In this document: positions 1 to 10,100 of the stretch, piece by piece
How the letters are laid out: each line of letters begins with the position of its first letter
Numbering within the stretch: position 1 is the stretch's first letter
Notes under the pieces: model-generated
Seen by the model: only the letters and a program-made list of their open reading frames with translations
Told to the model about the DNA's origin: nothing
The model's database searches: none
Assembly: GCA_964551375.1 (NCBI GenBank)
Contig: CAZKBG010000001.1
Location: 150,001-182,000, forward strand
Reading direction: 5' to 3'
DNA: 32,000 bases
Origin: an uncultured archaeon
GTDB lineage: Archaea; Iainarchaeota; Iainarchaeia; Iainarchaeales; JAAZKV01
Made by a program: the position numbers and the translations under genes

Positions 1-2
1 CA

Positions 3-1865
3 ATTGAATACGCTTACAAAGACATTGATTCAATAGTGGTTGATTATAATGGCTCAACACAAGTATTCATTCCAAATTCAATAAGCTATGACGACTCTCT
101 AATTCCAATGAAAAGCATTTCACAAAAATACATTGATGATGCAAAAACCGCTGTTGATGAAGCAAAGAAAGCGCTTGAACAAAGCACTCTTCCTGAAACA
201 ATTCTGGGCGATTTTTATCAAAGTTATGCCTCAACAAAACGCGGAGTTGAAATGGCTCAGAGATTCCACGACCAAAATTATCTTTATTCAGCAGCAAATT
301 ATGCGTTTAATGCAAGAGTATTAGCAGGAACTATAAAAGAAATAGCTGATAATCCTTCCCTGTTGTTAAGCGATTCTGTTTTGCTTCAATCAAAAATATC
401 CGTTCTTAGAAAAGAAATAGACTCTATAAAGCAAAAAGCAGCATATATTCCGCTTGACTCATTTGAATGGGTAATAGGCGCGCAGCAGAGAATTGCTTAT
501 GCTGATCATGCGCTTTTAAAAATTGAAAACACTGAAGTAGTAACAATTGACGCGCCTAACGCTTCAACTGACCAGAAGCAGAAAGCCGAACAGGCAATAA
601 TGTACGGGCAGGTTTATGATTATGTTTCAGCAGAAGCATGGACAAGCGTTGCGCAGGACTTTTTAAAATTAGCCCAAAAAAGCAAGCAGAAAAAGATTCC
701 AGTTTATACAAAAGATTTTGTGACAATGGTTTCTAATGAAATAATAAAAGCAGACACTCTTATTGCTGATTCAAATATCTCGCAGGCTTCACTTGCAGAA
801 GCAAAGAGAAGATTGAGCTCGGCAAAGTATTCATTTGACAATAATTTTATTTTTGCCGCGCTTTATGACTCCTACTTTGCGCAGTCATTTGTAGAATCCG
901 AGCTTGACAGACAAAACATGGATGTTGATGTATTATTCAATTCAGTAGAAACTGATATTAACAGAGGGACATCAAGCGACTCAATTTGGGCAAATATGTT
1001 CTTTGACCACGCAAAGTTTTATTATGAAAATGCGGTTTTTAATAAAAAACTTGACCGAAAGGACGAGGTAGCTCAAAGCCTTGAAACAAGCTATGACTTG
1101 ATTTATTTAAGCAAGAAATTAAACAAAGCAAAAACTGCTGTCGAGGAATATGTTGCATTTACCCAAATGACTCCTTTTGTTGACACCGAGCCAGTTGTTG
1201 AAATTAAATATACAAAAAAGCCTGCAGATAATTTTGTTTATCTTGGAACAGTAATGCTGGTGTTAGCGCTACTACTTGTAGTAATAATAATTGTAATAGG
1301 AGTGCTTGTGAAATCAAAAAGGCCAAGCTTTTCTTACATTGGGGATTCAAGGCGCGAGAAATTAAAAGTTGTATTAAACAATCTTGAATCCGCTCTCACT
1401 CAGAAAAAGATTTCAGATGCTGAATATTTCTTTATGAAAAAGCAGTACGAAAAAGAGCTTCAGCACAAAAATTTAGTAGGCGAGCAGAGAAAACGCTTGA
1501 ATTTAAGCATTGATGATTTGAGAGCAAAGCAGAGAGCGCTTGAAAGAGGATTAATTGACTTAAGAAGGCACCACAAAGACGGATTAATACTTCCTGAAGA
1601 CTTTGAAAGAAATTACAAGCAGGCGCAGGATGAAATTCACGAGATTAGGGATGAAATTAAGATTACCCAGCGCGAAAAAATTGCAGCAGGAAGGGAAAAA
1701 TCTCCCATAACTGGATTTTTCAAGAAACTTTCAAAAAAAGAGCCGAAATTAAAAGGCACTGAAGAAATTGCTCATGAAGAGGCGGAAGAAGAGACAAAGG
1801 AAAGGGCAAAGAGAAAAAAAATGATTAGAAGATTTGCTTACAGAAACGGCAAGCAGAAAAAATAA
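3..1865 (+). CDS. Membrane-anchored protein, 5' end probably cut by the window edge. It has a large helical N-terminal (likely extracytoplasmic) domain, one TM helix and a charged coiled-coil tail with SHOCT-like motifs
   Basis: The frame is open from nt 3, with no in-frame stop upstream of the GTG at 36 that the ORF track uses. TM helix FVYLGTVMLVLALLLVVIIIVIGVLV lies at ~nt 1232-1312. The tail is K/E/R-rich and carries KKISDAEYFFMKKQYEKEL and GLILPEDFERNYKQAQDEI, which resemble SHOCT motifs. Confidence 0.6.
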   Translation: MEYAYKDIDSIVVDYNGSTQVFIPNSISYDDSLIPMKSISQKYIDDAKTAVDEAKKALEQSTLPETILGDFYQSYASTKRGVEMAQRFHDQNYLYSAANYAFNARVLAGTIKEIADNPSLLLSDSVLLQSKISVLRKEIDSIKQKAAYIPLDSFEWVIGAQQRIAYADHALLKIENTEVVTIDAPNASTDQKQKAEQAIMYGQVYDYVSAEAWTSVAQDFLKLAQKSKQKKIPVYTKDFVTMVSNEIIKADTLIADSNISQASLAEAKRRLSSAKYSFDNNFIFAALYDSYFAQSFVESELDRQNMDVDVLFNSVETDINRGTSSDSIWANMFFDHAKFYYENAVFNKKLDRKDEVAQSLETSYDLIYLSKKLNKAKTAVEEYVAFTQMTPFVDTEPVVEIKYTKKPADNFVYLGTVMLVLALLLVVIIIVIGVLVKSKRPSFSYIGDSRREKLKVVLNNLESALTQKKISDAEYFFMKKQYEKELQHKNLVGEQRKRLNLSIDDLRAKQRALERGLIDLRRHHKDGLILPEDFERNYKQAQDEIHEIRDEIKITQREKIAAGREKSPITGFFKKLSKKEPKLKGTEEIAHEEAEEETKERAKRKKMIRRFAYRNGKQKK

Positions 1866-1910
1866 TAATTAATAAATTCTATTGGTAAAATTTGGCGATT
1901 TGTTAAATGT

Positions 1911-4900
1911 TTAAGATGCTTCTTCTTCATTATCGCTCAAATCTTCCACTGTTACATTTGATTTAGCGTGTTTTATTTCTTCATCAGCATCGCTTTTTAA
2001 TTTAAGTCCAATAACAGAACTGTCATCTCTTCCTCTTGCCACTCCAATTATTTGATGCGCTTTCTTTGTAATAACATCATTGTGGGTGATTGCAATGAAC
2101 TGGCTCTTTTCAGCGATTTTTTCAATTAAGTTGCTCATCTTTAATGAATTTTCTTTATCAAGCGCCGCATCAGCTTCATCAAATGCGTAAAACGGAGCAG
2201 GGTGGTATAATTGTATTGCGAACATGAAAGCAAGCGCTGTGAGGGTTTTTTCTCCCCCGCTCATTGAATCAATGTTTTGAAGTTTTCCTGCCTTGTGCTT
2301 TGCGTCAATCATTAATCCTGAATCAAGAGGCTTTTCTCCGTCAGCAAGGCGAAGGTCGCCTTCTCCGTTAAAGAATTTAAAGAAAATCTCTTTGAAGTTT
2401 TTGTTAATTTCATTAAAGCAATCCATGAAAACGCTTGTTCTCTTTACTTCAATTTTATCAATCATATCAAGAACTGCCATTCTTTCTTCGCCAAGTTTAG
2501 TTGCTTTTTGCTGTATATCATCAACTTCTTTCTTTAATTCATTAAAATTATCCACTGCCTTGAAGTTAACTGCTCCAATATCGTTGAGTCTTTTTTCAAT
2601 AAAAGCAAGTCTTTCTTTACATTCATCAAGGCTCTTTGAAGCATAAGGCTCAATTCCCTCAAACTCTTTCTTTTCTTCAGACAAATCCGCCTGTCTTACT
2701 CCAAGTTTGCTTTTTTCAATATTAAATTCCCCAGTTCTTACTTCAATCTTTCTTACCTTTCCAGATTCAGTTATTATTTCCTTCTCAAATTTATCAATTT
2801 TCTTATCAGAATAATCTTTTTCTTCAGCCAAAATTGCATTCTTTTTCTTTGCCTCGTGAAGTTGCTTTTCTTTAGCCATCACTTCTTCTTTAATTTCCAT
2901 CAAAAGCTTTTCTTTTTCCATTATTTCCTTTCTTAGCTGCTGGGTCTCGGCAGTAAGCGCGTTATTTTCAATTTCAGCATCCTCGTGCCTTATTGAAAGC
3001 GAGTCAAATCTTACTTTTAATTCATTAAATGCAGTTTCAACAACCCTTCGCTTATGTATAAGTTCTTCTGTTGTTTTGTTTGCTTTTGAATATTCTTCAA
3101 AAATATCCTGCTTTCTTGTGGAAGTAACAGAATCTTTCTGCTTTTCTTTCTCTTCAAGCAGTTGTTTTATTTTCTCATTGAGTTTATTTCTCTTTGACAT
3201 CTGAACGTCAAACTCTTTATTATCAACATCCTTCTTTGTTAGTTCAATTTTCTTCTTTAATTCCTCAAGCTTAGAATGAAGGCTCTTCTCATGAGCAGTT
3301 TCAGCGCTCAGTTTAGCAATAAGCATGATTCTTTCCTTTTCTTCATCAATCCTTTTCTTAATGTCGCTGATTTTAGCCGCGTGCTCTGACTCCATTGATG
3401 AATATTCTCTAATTAGCTTCTCTTTTTGTGCAAGAAGCAGCGCTTTTTTATCTTCTTTTAATGAAGAATCGCAAGTAGGGCACTGCGAAGCAGCTTTTTT
3501 TAGCTCATTAATAGCTTTTTCTTCCTGAAGTTTCTTTGATAAAAACAAATTCTTTGCCTCAAAAATTTCGGACAAATGCTTTTCAAAATCAGCCAGGTTT
3601 TTGTGAGGTTCTTTCTTCAAATGCTCCTCAATATGCTTCTTTTTTTTCTCAATTTCATTAAATTCTCCCTCTAATGCCTTCTCTTCTCCCTGCATTTCAA
3701 TTAATTTCCTTTCAGCAAATGATTTTTGCTTTTCCCAGTTTCTTGCAAGCACCTCAAGATCAAATACTTCCTTTCTGGCTTCTTCAATTTGCTTGTTTAA
3801 TTCTTCAAGTTTAGTCTCTTCTTTTGCTAGTTCAGCATTTTTTGATTTAACAATTCCTTCGAGCTGGGATTTCTTTTTGGAAGCTTCCTCAATCTGCCTT
3901 TCAAATTCTTTTAATTCCCCTTCCATTCTCTTTTGCTTCTCTTCAAGCTCCTTTCTTTCCTTCTCCCCATGCTTTACCGCGCTGGTATTAGTCTCAATTT
4001 TTTCAGTATTTTTTGCAATCTGCTCATTCTTCATGTCAATTTTGCCCTGCTCAAGAAGAAGCTTGGCTTTCTTTTCCTCATACTCTCTTCCAATTGTCGA
4101 GTAAGTTACTTCGCTTGCCTTAATCATCTGCCTTGATAAATCATCAGACTTCTTTTTTGATTCTTCAAGCTCTTTTCTAATTCCAAAAACCCTTTCTTCA
4201 ATAATTCGCTTCTGCTTGTCAAGCTCGCTGATTTCATTATCTGCATCAAGAATTTTTTTCTCAATTGTGTAAAGCTCTTTTGCAATAACAGTTGATTTAG
4301 TCCGCTTTCTTTCATCATCAAGCTCTTTTACTTCCTTAGCCGCCTTCATTTCCTGCTCCAGTTCTGAAAGGAAAGCATTTCGTTCGTTCATAATAATAGT
4401 TGCTTCCTTAATTTTTGAATCAACCTTATCAAGCTCTTTAATTGCCTCGTCCTTTTTTTGATCAAACTCGCTAAGTCCCGCAATATTATCAATAACCTCT
4501 CTTCGCTCAATAGGAGACATTTCAATAATTTTAGTAATATCCCCTTGCGTTACAATATTGTGCCCGTTAACATCAATTCCAAGCTCTGTTAACAGCGAGC
4601 TGATTTCGTTTAGGGTAGTTCTCTTTCCATCAAGGCGGTAAACACTCTTTCCCTGCTTGTCAATCATTCTGCTGATTTCATATTGTTTCTCATCATCTTT
4701 AAGCGTTAAATCAACTTTTCCGTAATTTTCTTTAGCGTCATTATTAACTAAGTCCGTCAGCTTGCCCGCTCTTAATGCTTTAAGCGAAGTGATTCCAAGA
4801 ACAAATAATAAAGCGTCTAAAACATTGCTCTTTCCGGAGCCGTTGCTTCCAACAATAGCAGAGAAGCCCTTGCTAATGGGAACTTCAGCCTTCTTAAACG

Positions 4901-4940
4901 ACTTAAAGTTTTTTAGAGTAAGTTTTATCAGCCTAGTCAT
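1911..4940 (-). CDS. smc: SMC-family chromosome-organisation ATPase, atypical: SMC-type heads, continuous coiled coil, central CPTC instead of a hinge
   Basis: N-terminal LKNFKSFKK...GFSAIVGSNGSGKSNVLDALLFVLG (Walker A at nt 4827-4850) and NIVTQGDITKIIEMSPIERREVIDNIAGLSEFD. C-terminal signature plus Walker B MSGGEKTLTALAFMFAIQLYHPAPFYAFDEADAALD. About 650 aa of K/E/L-rich coiled coil lies between the heads. CPTC at aa 487-490 (nt 3471-3482) out of 1009 aa. Confidence 0.85.
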   Translation of the reverse strand: MTRLIKLTLKNFKSFKKAEVPISKGFSAIVGSNGSGKSNVLDALLFVLGITSLKALRAGKLTDLVNNDAKENYGKVDLTLKDDEKQYEISRMIDKQGKSVYRLDGKRTTLNEISSLLTELGIDVNGHNIVTQGDITKIIEMSPIERREVIDNIAGLSEFDQKKDEAIKELDKVDSKIKEATIIMNERNAFLSELEQEMKAAKEVKELDDERKRTKSTVIAKELYTIEKKILDADNEISELDKQKRIIEERVFGIRKELEESKKKSDDLSRQMIKASEVTYSTIGREYEEKKAKLLLEQGKIDMKNEQIAKNTEKIETNTSAVKHGEKERKELEEKQKRMEGELKEFERQIEEASKKKSQLEGIVKSKNAELAKEETKLEELNKQIEEARKEVFDLEVLARNWEKQKSFAERKLIEMQGEEKALEGEFNEIEKKKKHIEEHLKKEPHKNLADFEKHLSEIFEAKNLFLSKKLQEEKAINELKKAASQCPTCDSSLKEDKKALLLAQKEKLIREYSSMESEHAAKISDIKKRIDEEKERIMLIAKLSAETAHEKSLHSKLEELKKKIELTKKDVDNKEFDVQMSKRNKLNEKIKQLLEEKEKQKDSVTSTRKQDIFEEYSKANKTTEELIHKRRVVETAFNELKVRFDSLSIRHEDAEIENNALTAETQQLRKEIMEKEKLLMEIKEEVMAKEKQLHEAKKKNAILAEEKDYSDKKIDKFEKEIITESGKVRKIEVRTGEFNIEKSKLGVRQADLSEEKKEFEGIEPYASKSLDECKERLAFIEKRLNDIGAVNFKAVDNFNELKKEVDDIQQKATKLGEERMAVLDMIDKIEVKRTSVFMDCFNEINKNFKEIFFKFFNGEGDLRLADGEKPLDSGLMIDAKHKAGKLQNIDSMSGGEKTLTALAFMFAIQLYHPAPFYAFDEADAALDKENSLKMSNLIEKIAEKSQFIAITHNDVITKKAHQIIGVARGRDDSSVIGLKLKSDADEEIKHAKSNVTVEDLSDNEEEAS

Positions 4941-4948
4941 TTAATTCA

Positions 4949-5719
4949 CTACTTTGCTTTCGCGTAAAAGAAATTCGTAATAGCAGCAATAAAATAAGTT
5001 ACTCCAATTGCCTGCCCGATTATTGCAAGAGGAACCTCAAATGCTTCGCCAAGAACTATTCCAATTTGAGTTACTATTAAAGTTAAAAGAATCATAATAA
5101 GTCCCGCAATTATTATCAATGCAAGGCTTGACCAAAATCTTGAATTAGTGAATTTCCAGCTTTCTTCAAGAGCTTTCTTTAATTCCCTTTCAGTAAGCGC
5201 AGGGATTGCAAAAGCAAGTTTCACAAGCGCAATAAAACAAATTATTGAAATAATTATTGCAATAACTATCCCAACCCATGAATTAACCAAAGACATTATT
5301 TCAGAATTAACCCAAAATACCGCAAATACCAGCACTGCCGCGGCCAAAAGAATTAAAGTAAATCCAAAAGATTTTCTCAACTGCAGTACAGAATCATTAA
5401 CCGCTTCAATAAACTTCTGCCCCTGTGAAATTGACGCAATTGTTTCAAAAACAATAACCCAAATCATGAAAAGAACAAAACCAATTATTAAAGTTCCAAC
5501 TACTGTTAAAGGGTAATTGAAAAGAATGAATCCAATAAGATTGCTTGACTGATTAAAGATTCCAGGATTAAGAATAATATCAAGCATTGGGCCTTCAAGG
5601 AAAAAATCCCCCAAAATTCCAAAAACAGTTGATGCTAAAAGCGCAATAATTGCGGGAAGCAAAATATAAGGCTTAAATATTATCTGCTTAAATGACTCAA
5701 TCAAACTTCCAAAGAGCAT
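4949..5719 (-). CDS. Polytopic membrane protein (about 6 TM helices), function unknown; probably co-transcribed with the SMC-like gene
   Basis: 256-aa ORF with repeated long hydrophobic segments. Its stop lies only 8 nt before the SMC-like ATG on the same strand. Confidence 0.7.
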   Translation of the reverse strand: MLFGSLIESFKQIIFKPYILLPAIIALLASTVFGILGDFFLEGPMLDIILNPGIFNQSSNLIGFILFNYPLTVVGTLIIGFVLFMIWVIVFETIASISQGQKFIEAVNDSVLQLRKSFGFTLILLAAAVLVFAVFWVNSEIMSLVNSWVGIVIAIIISIICFIALVKLAFAIPALTERELKKALEESWKFTNSRFWSSLALIIIAGLIMILLTLIVTQIGIVLGEAFEVPLAIIGQAIGVTYFIAAITNFFYAKAK

Positions 5720-5900
5720 CCAACCACCAACTTAATGCTATAATTAAGTGCTTGAGGTTTAAATTAGTTGTGTTAAGCATTAATTACTCATCTTTCTTAA
5801 AGTGCTTCAATTTGGCAATCCTTCCACGATTTTGACTTTTGACTTTTGGGAACCTTTTAAAAGCTTTCCTTGCACTTTTTCTCTATACTTGGTGAGTTAA

Positions 5901-6179
5901 ATGAAAGTTCCTAAAGAAAAGAAAATTTATTGCGCAAAATGCAAAAAGCACACTAAACATAAACTAAAAGAATTCAAATCAGGCGCTGCACGCTCAATGG
6001 CTGCAGGAGCAAGAAGACACGAAAGGAACACAAAGCACGGTTACATGGGAAAATATAAGTACACTGTTTTAGTTAAGAAGCAGAATAAGAAACCAACATT
6101 CGTATGCGAATGCTCTGAATGCAAGAAGAAGATTCCTTATTCACTTGGAAAGAGAATGAAGAAAGTTACACAGCAGTAA
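5901..6179 (+). CDS. rpl44e: 50S ribosomal protein L44e (eL42)
   Basis: 92-aa basic protein with the zinc-ribbon pattern CAKC...CSEC and the start MKVPKEKKIYCAKCKKHTKHK typical of archaeal L44e. GGTGA Shine-Dalgarno just upstream, and a TATA-like CTTTTAAAAG ~45 nt upstream. Confidence 0.9.
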   Translation: MKVPKEKKIYCAKCKKHTKHKLKEFKSGAARSMAAGARRHERNTKHGYMGKYKYTVLVKKQNKKPTFVCECSECKKKIPYSLGKRMKKVTQQ

Positions 6180-6198
6180 AATTCTTCATCTTTAACTT

Positions 6199-6229
6199 TT
6201 TTTAGCCGAACTCTTATTTTGGCTAAAAA
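6199..6229 (+). terminator. Hairpin downstream of rpl44e
   Basis: TTTTTAGCC (6199-6207) pairs with GGCTAAAAA (6221-6229), a 9-bp stem with a 13-nt loop. It starts 20 nt after the stop codon and is followed by a T-rich stretch. Confidence 0.4.
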
Positions 6230-6274
6230 CCCTATTTTCATTAAAAATATAAACAATAAGCCGCTAATTTAGTC

Positions 6275-7129
6275 ATGACATTCAATAATTCAGTTCTGAT
6301 GATAGTAAAGCAAACTCCTGGAATTGAATATAACGATTTATTGTCAAAAATTTCTCAAAGATACAAAAATCCCGCTTCGGCAAAATCATCCTTGGCTCGG
6401 GCGCTAAAAGACATGGCCTCATTTGGGCTGATAAAAAGAGAAGGAACAAGGCTTTTTGTGACGGATAAAGGGCTTGCTTCAATGAGCATAGAAATGAAAG
6501 ATAAATTAGTTTTAAGATTAAATGAAGAAATGAAGCGCCCTCTTGGAAGCTTGAATGACATTGTCCGTTTGTTGATTGTTTTATCCCAGCGAGGGAGCCA
6601 GGATAAGGATTTGTTAAATAATGCAAAAGAAAATGCTTCCTTCTCAATTGAAGATATAGAAGAACTAAGAAGAAAAATCCGCGCTGAAAGAAAACACTTA
6701 AAGAAAATGAGCCTTCTTCTTGAACAGCAGGCAACAAAACTTCGCGAACTTGACTTTAATGATACTGCAAAAATTCCATTTGATGAGCAGGTGGCTTCAA
6801 AGATAGGATTATTTTGCAAAGGACAGAAAATAATAGTTGAAACAAAGGATAATGATATTCTATCAAAAATTCCTGAACATTGGAAAAAGCAGGGAATTAT
6901 TTCAGTTGAGGGGGAAAATATTCCATTACTTACACAACTCCTTGCTTCAATGCTCTCAATTAAAGCAACGCTCTACTTGCCTGGAATTAAAGTTATTCTA
7001 ATGGCGGGAAATGCAACACTTTTTGGCGCGCACAAAGCTTTGAAGAGTTTTATTGATATGAAAGTGGCTGATGAAGTGAAGAGCCAGCTTAAAGAAAGCC
7101 AAACACAAGTTCAGCCTAAATTAAATTAG
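6275..7129 (+). CDS. Hypothetical protein with an N-terminal winged-helix-like DNA-binding domain
   Basis: 284-aa ORF. The N-terminal ~70 aa (IEYNDLLSKISQRYKNPASAKSSLARALKDMASFGLIKREGTRLFVTDKG) has the helix-turn-helix-plus-wing pattern of MarR/PadR-like wHTH proteins. The rest is unrecognised. Confidence 0.6.
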   Translation: MTFNNSVLMIVKQTPGIEYNDLLSKISQRYKNPASAKSSLARALKDMASFGLIKREGTRLFVTDKGLASMSIEMKDKLVLRLNEEMKRPLGSLNDIVRLLIVLSQRGSQDKDLLNNAKENASFSIEDIEELRRKIRAERKHLKKMSLLLEQQATKLRELDFNDTAKIPFDEQVASKIGLFCKGQKIIVETKDNDILSKIPEHWKKQGIISVEGENIPLLTQLLASMLSIKATLYLPGIKVILMAGNATLFGAHKALKSFIDMKVADEVKSQLKESQTQVQPKLN

Positions 7130-7155
7130 CACGGATTAAATTTGTTTAGATTCAA

Positions 7156-10100
7156 TCAATCAAGATTGATTTGCTTTCCGTTAATTGCATCAATCATTAC
7201 TACTCTTTCTTCACCAGTTCGTTTCTTTAAAACGCCTTCCCAAACTGGAAGGAATAAGTGAGTAACTTCTTTGACGCTAACATTTCCCCATAGTTTGTTT
7301 AGTAAAGCAGGCAAATCGCGTTCGTTTAAAGCAGGAGCAATTACAGCAGCTGATTCAATTTCAGTAATAGCTTTCTTTCCAATGCTTGAAAGCATTTCAT
7401 GTAATGGTGTTGGAGGAAGCTCAATTTCAATTCTTCCTGGCGCGTATACTGGATTTCCCTTGCTATCCGCTTGGATTTGAAGAAGCCCTTTCTTTGTTAG
7501 TGAATCAAGCACTCTTTTTGCATTTCCTTCTTCCATCTTCATTAAAACCGCAGCGTCTTTTGGAGTTCTCTTCTTTTCAGCCACAAGCTTAAACATAGTT
7601 GATTCGGATTCGTTTAAATCCATAAAAATTGGAAGACCTTTGCTTTCTACTAAAGCTCCTCTATCATCATGGATGAATTCTCCAGTTAGTGAATTAATGT
7701 AAGCTTCTCCAACTTGGAAAGCATCTTTGTGATTGAAGTACTTGTATTTTACTTTGTATAATTGAGCGTGCTTTAATACAACCCTGTCAAGTATTTCATC
7801 AGGGAATAAGAATTTTTTAGCAGCAAACCCTGCCAAAGATTTTCTTGCTCTCTGTTCATCAATCACAGGCCTTAATGCAGTAAGCTCAACTTTTTCATCA
7901 AACTCATGCAATTGTTCTCCAAACTTTTCAACATCCTTTGGAAGCTTCTTTGGCTTTAACATCTGCGCTCCGTAACCTTCTTCAGTATTTTCATTCTCAA
8001 GCGCTTCCTCTTCCTCAGCTTTAAGTGCTTCTTCTTCCTCTTTCTCCGCTTCCATTTCTTCAAGAACGCCTTTAGCGTAAACGGAATCATCTTTTACATT
8101 AAGCCCCTTCTTTTCAAGCTCTTTTAATATTTTATCAATTGAAACATTCTTTTTGTAAGTGTTATTTAAAGTGTCAAGAGTTTCCTTAATGCTGTCAATT
8201 CTAATGCTTGGATCTTTTTTCAATTGGTTTAATGCAATATTAACCGCGAGCACTTCAACTTGTTCAGTTTCAAGCTCCTGCTTTTCGTCAGTAGTCTCTG
8301 CATCTCTTCCTTCGTGCTGGCTCATTCTTGGGCGGATGCTCATCACAAATGCTCTGCTTGTAGTTTCGCTTCTGTCTCCGGTTAACGCAATTCCAACAGG
8401 CATTGTTTTAATGAAATTAGATTTCTTATAAGCAAAAGGAACAATAGTTGGAGTTCTTTTGTAAATACTCTTAATATCATCATCAAAAACTAATTTATGC
8501 GCCATGATAATATCTAATTGGCTTAAAACTTTGGAATCAATAGCGCTTGGCTGCTGAGTTGCAAATACTAAAGAACATCCAGGCCTTCTTCCCTGCTTAA
8601 CATACTCAACTAAAGCGCTGCTTGCAGGAGTTTTTTGATTTCCCCCAGGGATTAAAGTGTGCGCTTCATCAATGAAAAGCCAAGTTGGAGGAATGTTTAA
8701 TTCAACAATATCCTCCATCGCAGTATTATCATCAAATTTACCCGCAGCTTCTCTTCTTGTTCCTAATTTTCTTGCTGAGAGTAATCTTCTTGCAATAATT
8801 CCAACAACTAACGCGCTAACATTATCTTCCAAAAAACTTGTGTCAAGAATTGTCATTTGTCCCGCTCTTGAAAGAAGTCCAAGTGAAGTTCCTTTCTCAT
8901 CAAAAATTCCCCAATGCTTTGCAGCGTCAAAACGGCTTACTAAAGCTCTAATTGAATCAGCTTTGTAACCTTTTTCCCTATCATTTAATTCAGCATCAAA
9001 TTCAAAGCACTTTGCTAAATCATCAAGCGAGAAAGTATTTTGCTTTCCTCTAACTTCCTTTCCTTCCTCAGTAGAATAACCGCTTTTTACTTTTGCAATT
9101 CCTTTCTCCATCAACAGTCCAGTTGGAGAAAATCTGTCAATTCCAAAAGTCAAGCACCAATCTTCAGCAGTTAGTAAAGAAGGCTGGATTGAGAACACCG
9201 CATCATAAGTGCTTTTAGGAACTGAATCCTTCATTCCAACAGGGATGAAAACTTTAATGTTGTTTAGCCCTTTTGGCATTATTCCCCATTTAGCAAGTGC
9301 TTCAAGTTCTTTTTCTTCTTTATTTGGGTGCTTCATTGACCAAAATACTCCAATAGGGTCAACAACTACAATTCCAACATTTTTATTTTTTAATGCAAGC
9401 TCTTCTGCAACAACACCTAAAACATAGGATTTACCAGAGCCTCTTGCCCCGCAAACAAATACAACGTGAGGATTTAATCCGTCAAGATAAACATCAGTTC
9501 CTTCTTTGTCTTTTTCATTAACTCTTCCGACAAATAGTCCCGCTTCTTCACCGTATTTGTTTAATACGCTCTTTTTTCTTCCAATGTATGCATGTCCTTT
9601 TTCGCTCATTAAGAATTCAAGCTCGGGTTTTATTACGCCGTCTTTACCGTCTTCAGTTTCGTCCTCTTCAACTAAATTAGCTTTAGGCATTTTTGATTTA
9701 GGCGCGTTTTCGTCAGCATCCTCTTCTGAATCCACTTCGTCTTCAATTCCTTCTTCTTTAATTCCGTCTTCTCTCATTAAATCATCAGCCATTTCGTCAT
9801 GATCTTCATCCTGCTTTCTAGACGTGATAGAATCGTCATTAATCTTAACGCCTTTGTTAATTTTAACCTCTCCTTGAGCCGCCATCATAGCTTTATTCCT
9901 TATAACGCTCTTAATTATGGCTCTTTCAACAGGATGAGCTTTTGTAACCTCTTCTTCCTCATCCTCTTCATGAGTGACTTTTAAATCTAACTTGCCGCCG
10001 TAACCATTGCTCTTCTTTTTACCGTTTTCAGCTATATTTTCCTTTCCATTAGCGCCAGAATTAGATTTGTTTAAGGAATTATTAAGTTTTTCATTTATAA

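Noticed and set aside
5148-5516. 122-aa plus-strand ORF inside the 4949-5719 membrane gene, and a similar 140-aa ORF at 12806-13228 inside the 12391-13326 membrane gene
   Set aside because: Both are antisense to strongly hydrophobic, longer CDSs and have no independent support.
5732-5783. Recurrent TTAATGC...GCATTAA inverted repeats (5732-5783 and 11135-11161, plus the palindrome AGCATTAATGCT at 19483-19494) as a possible shared regulatory motif
   Set aside because: Only three instances, one of them inside a CDS. They are short AT-rich words that can recur by chance in a genome of this composition.
6282-6819. Two long minus-strand ORFs (151 and 154 aa) overlapping the 6275-7129 gene
   Set aside because: Both are shorter than the plus-strand ORF, have odd S/F/L/C-rich composition, and lack start-site signals. 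They are antisense shadows of the wHTH gene.
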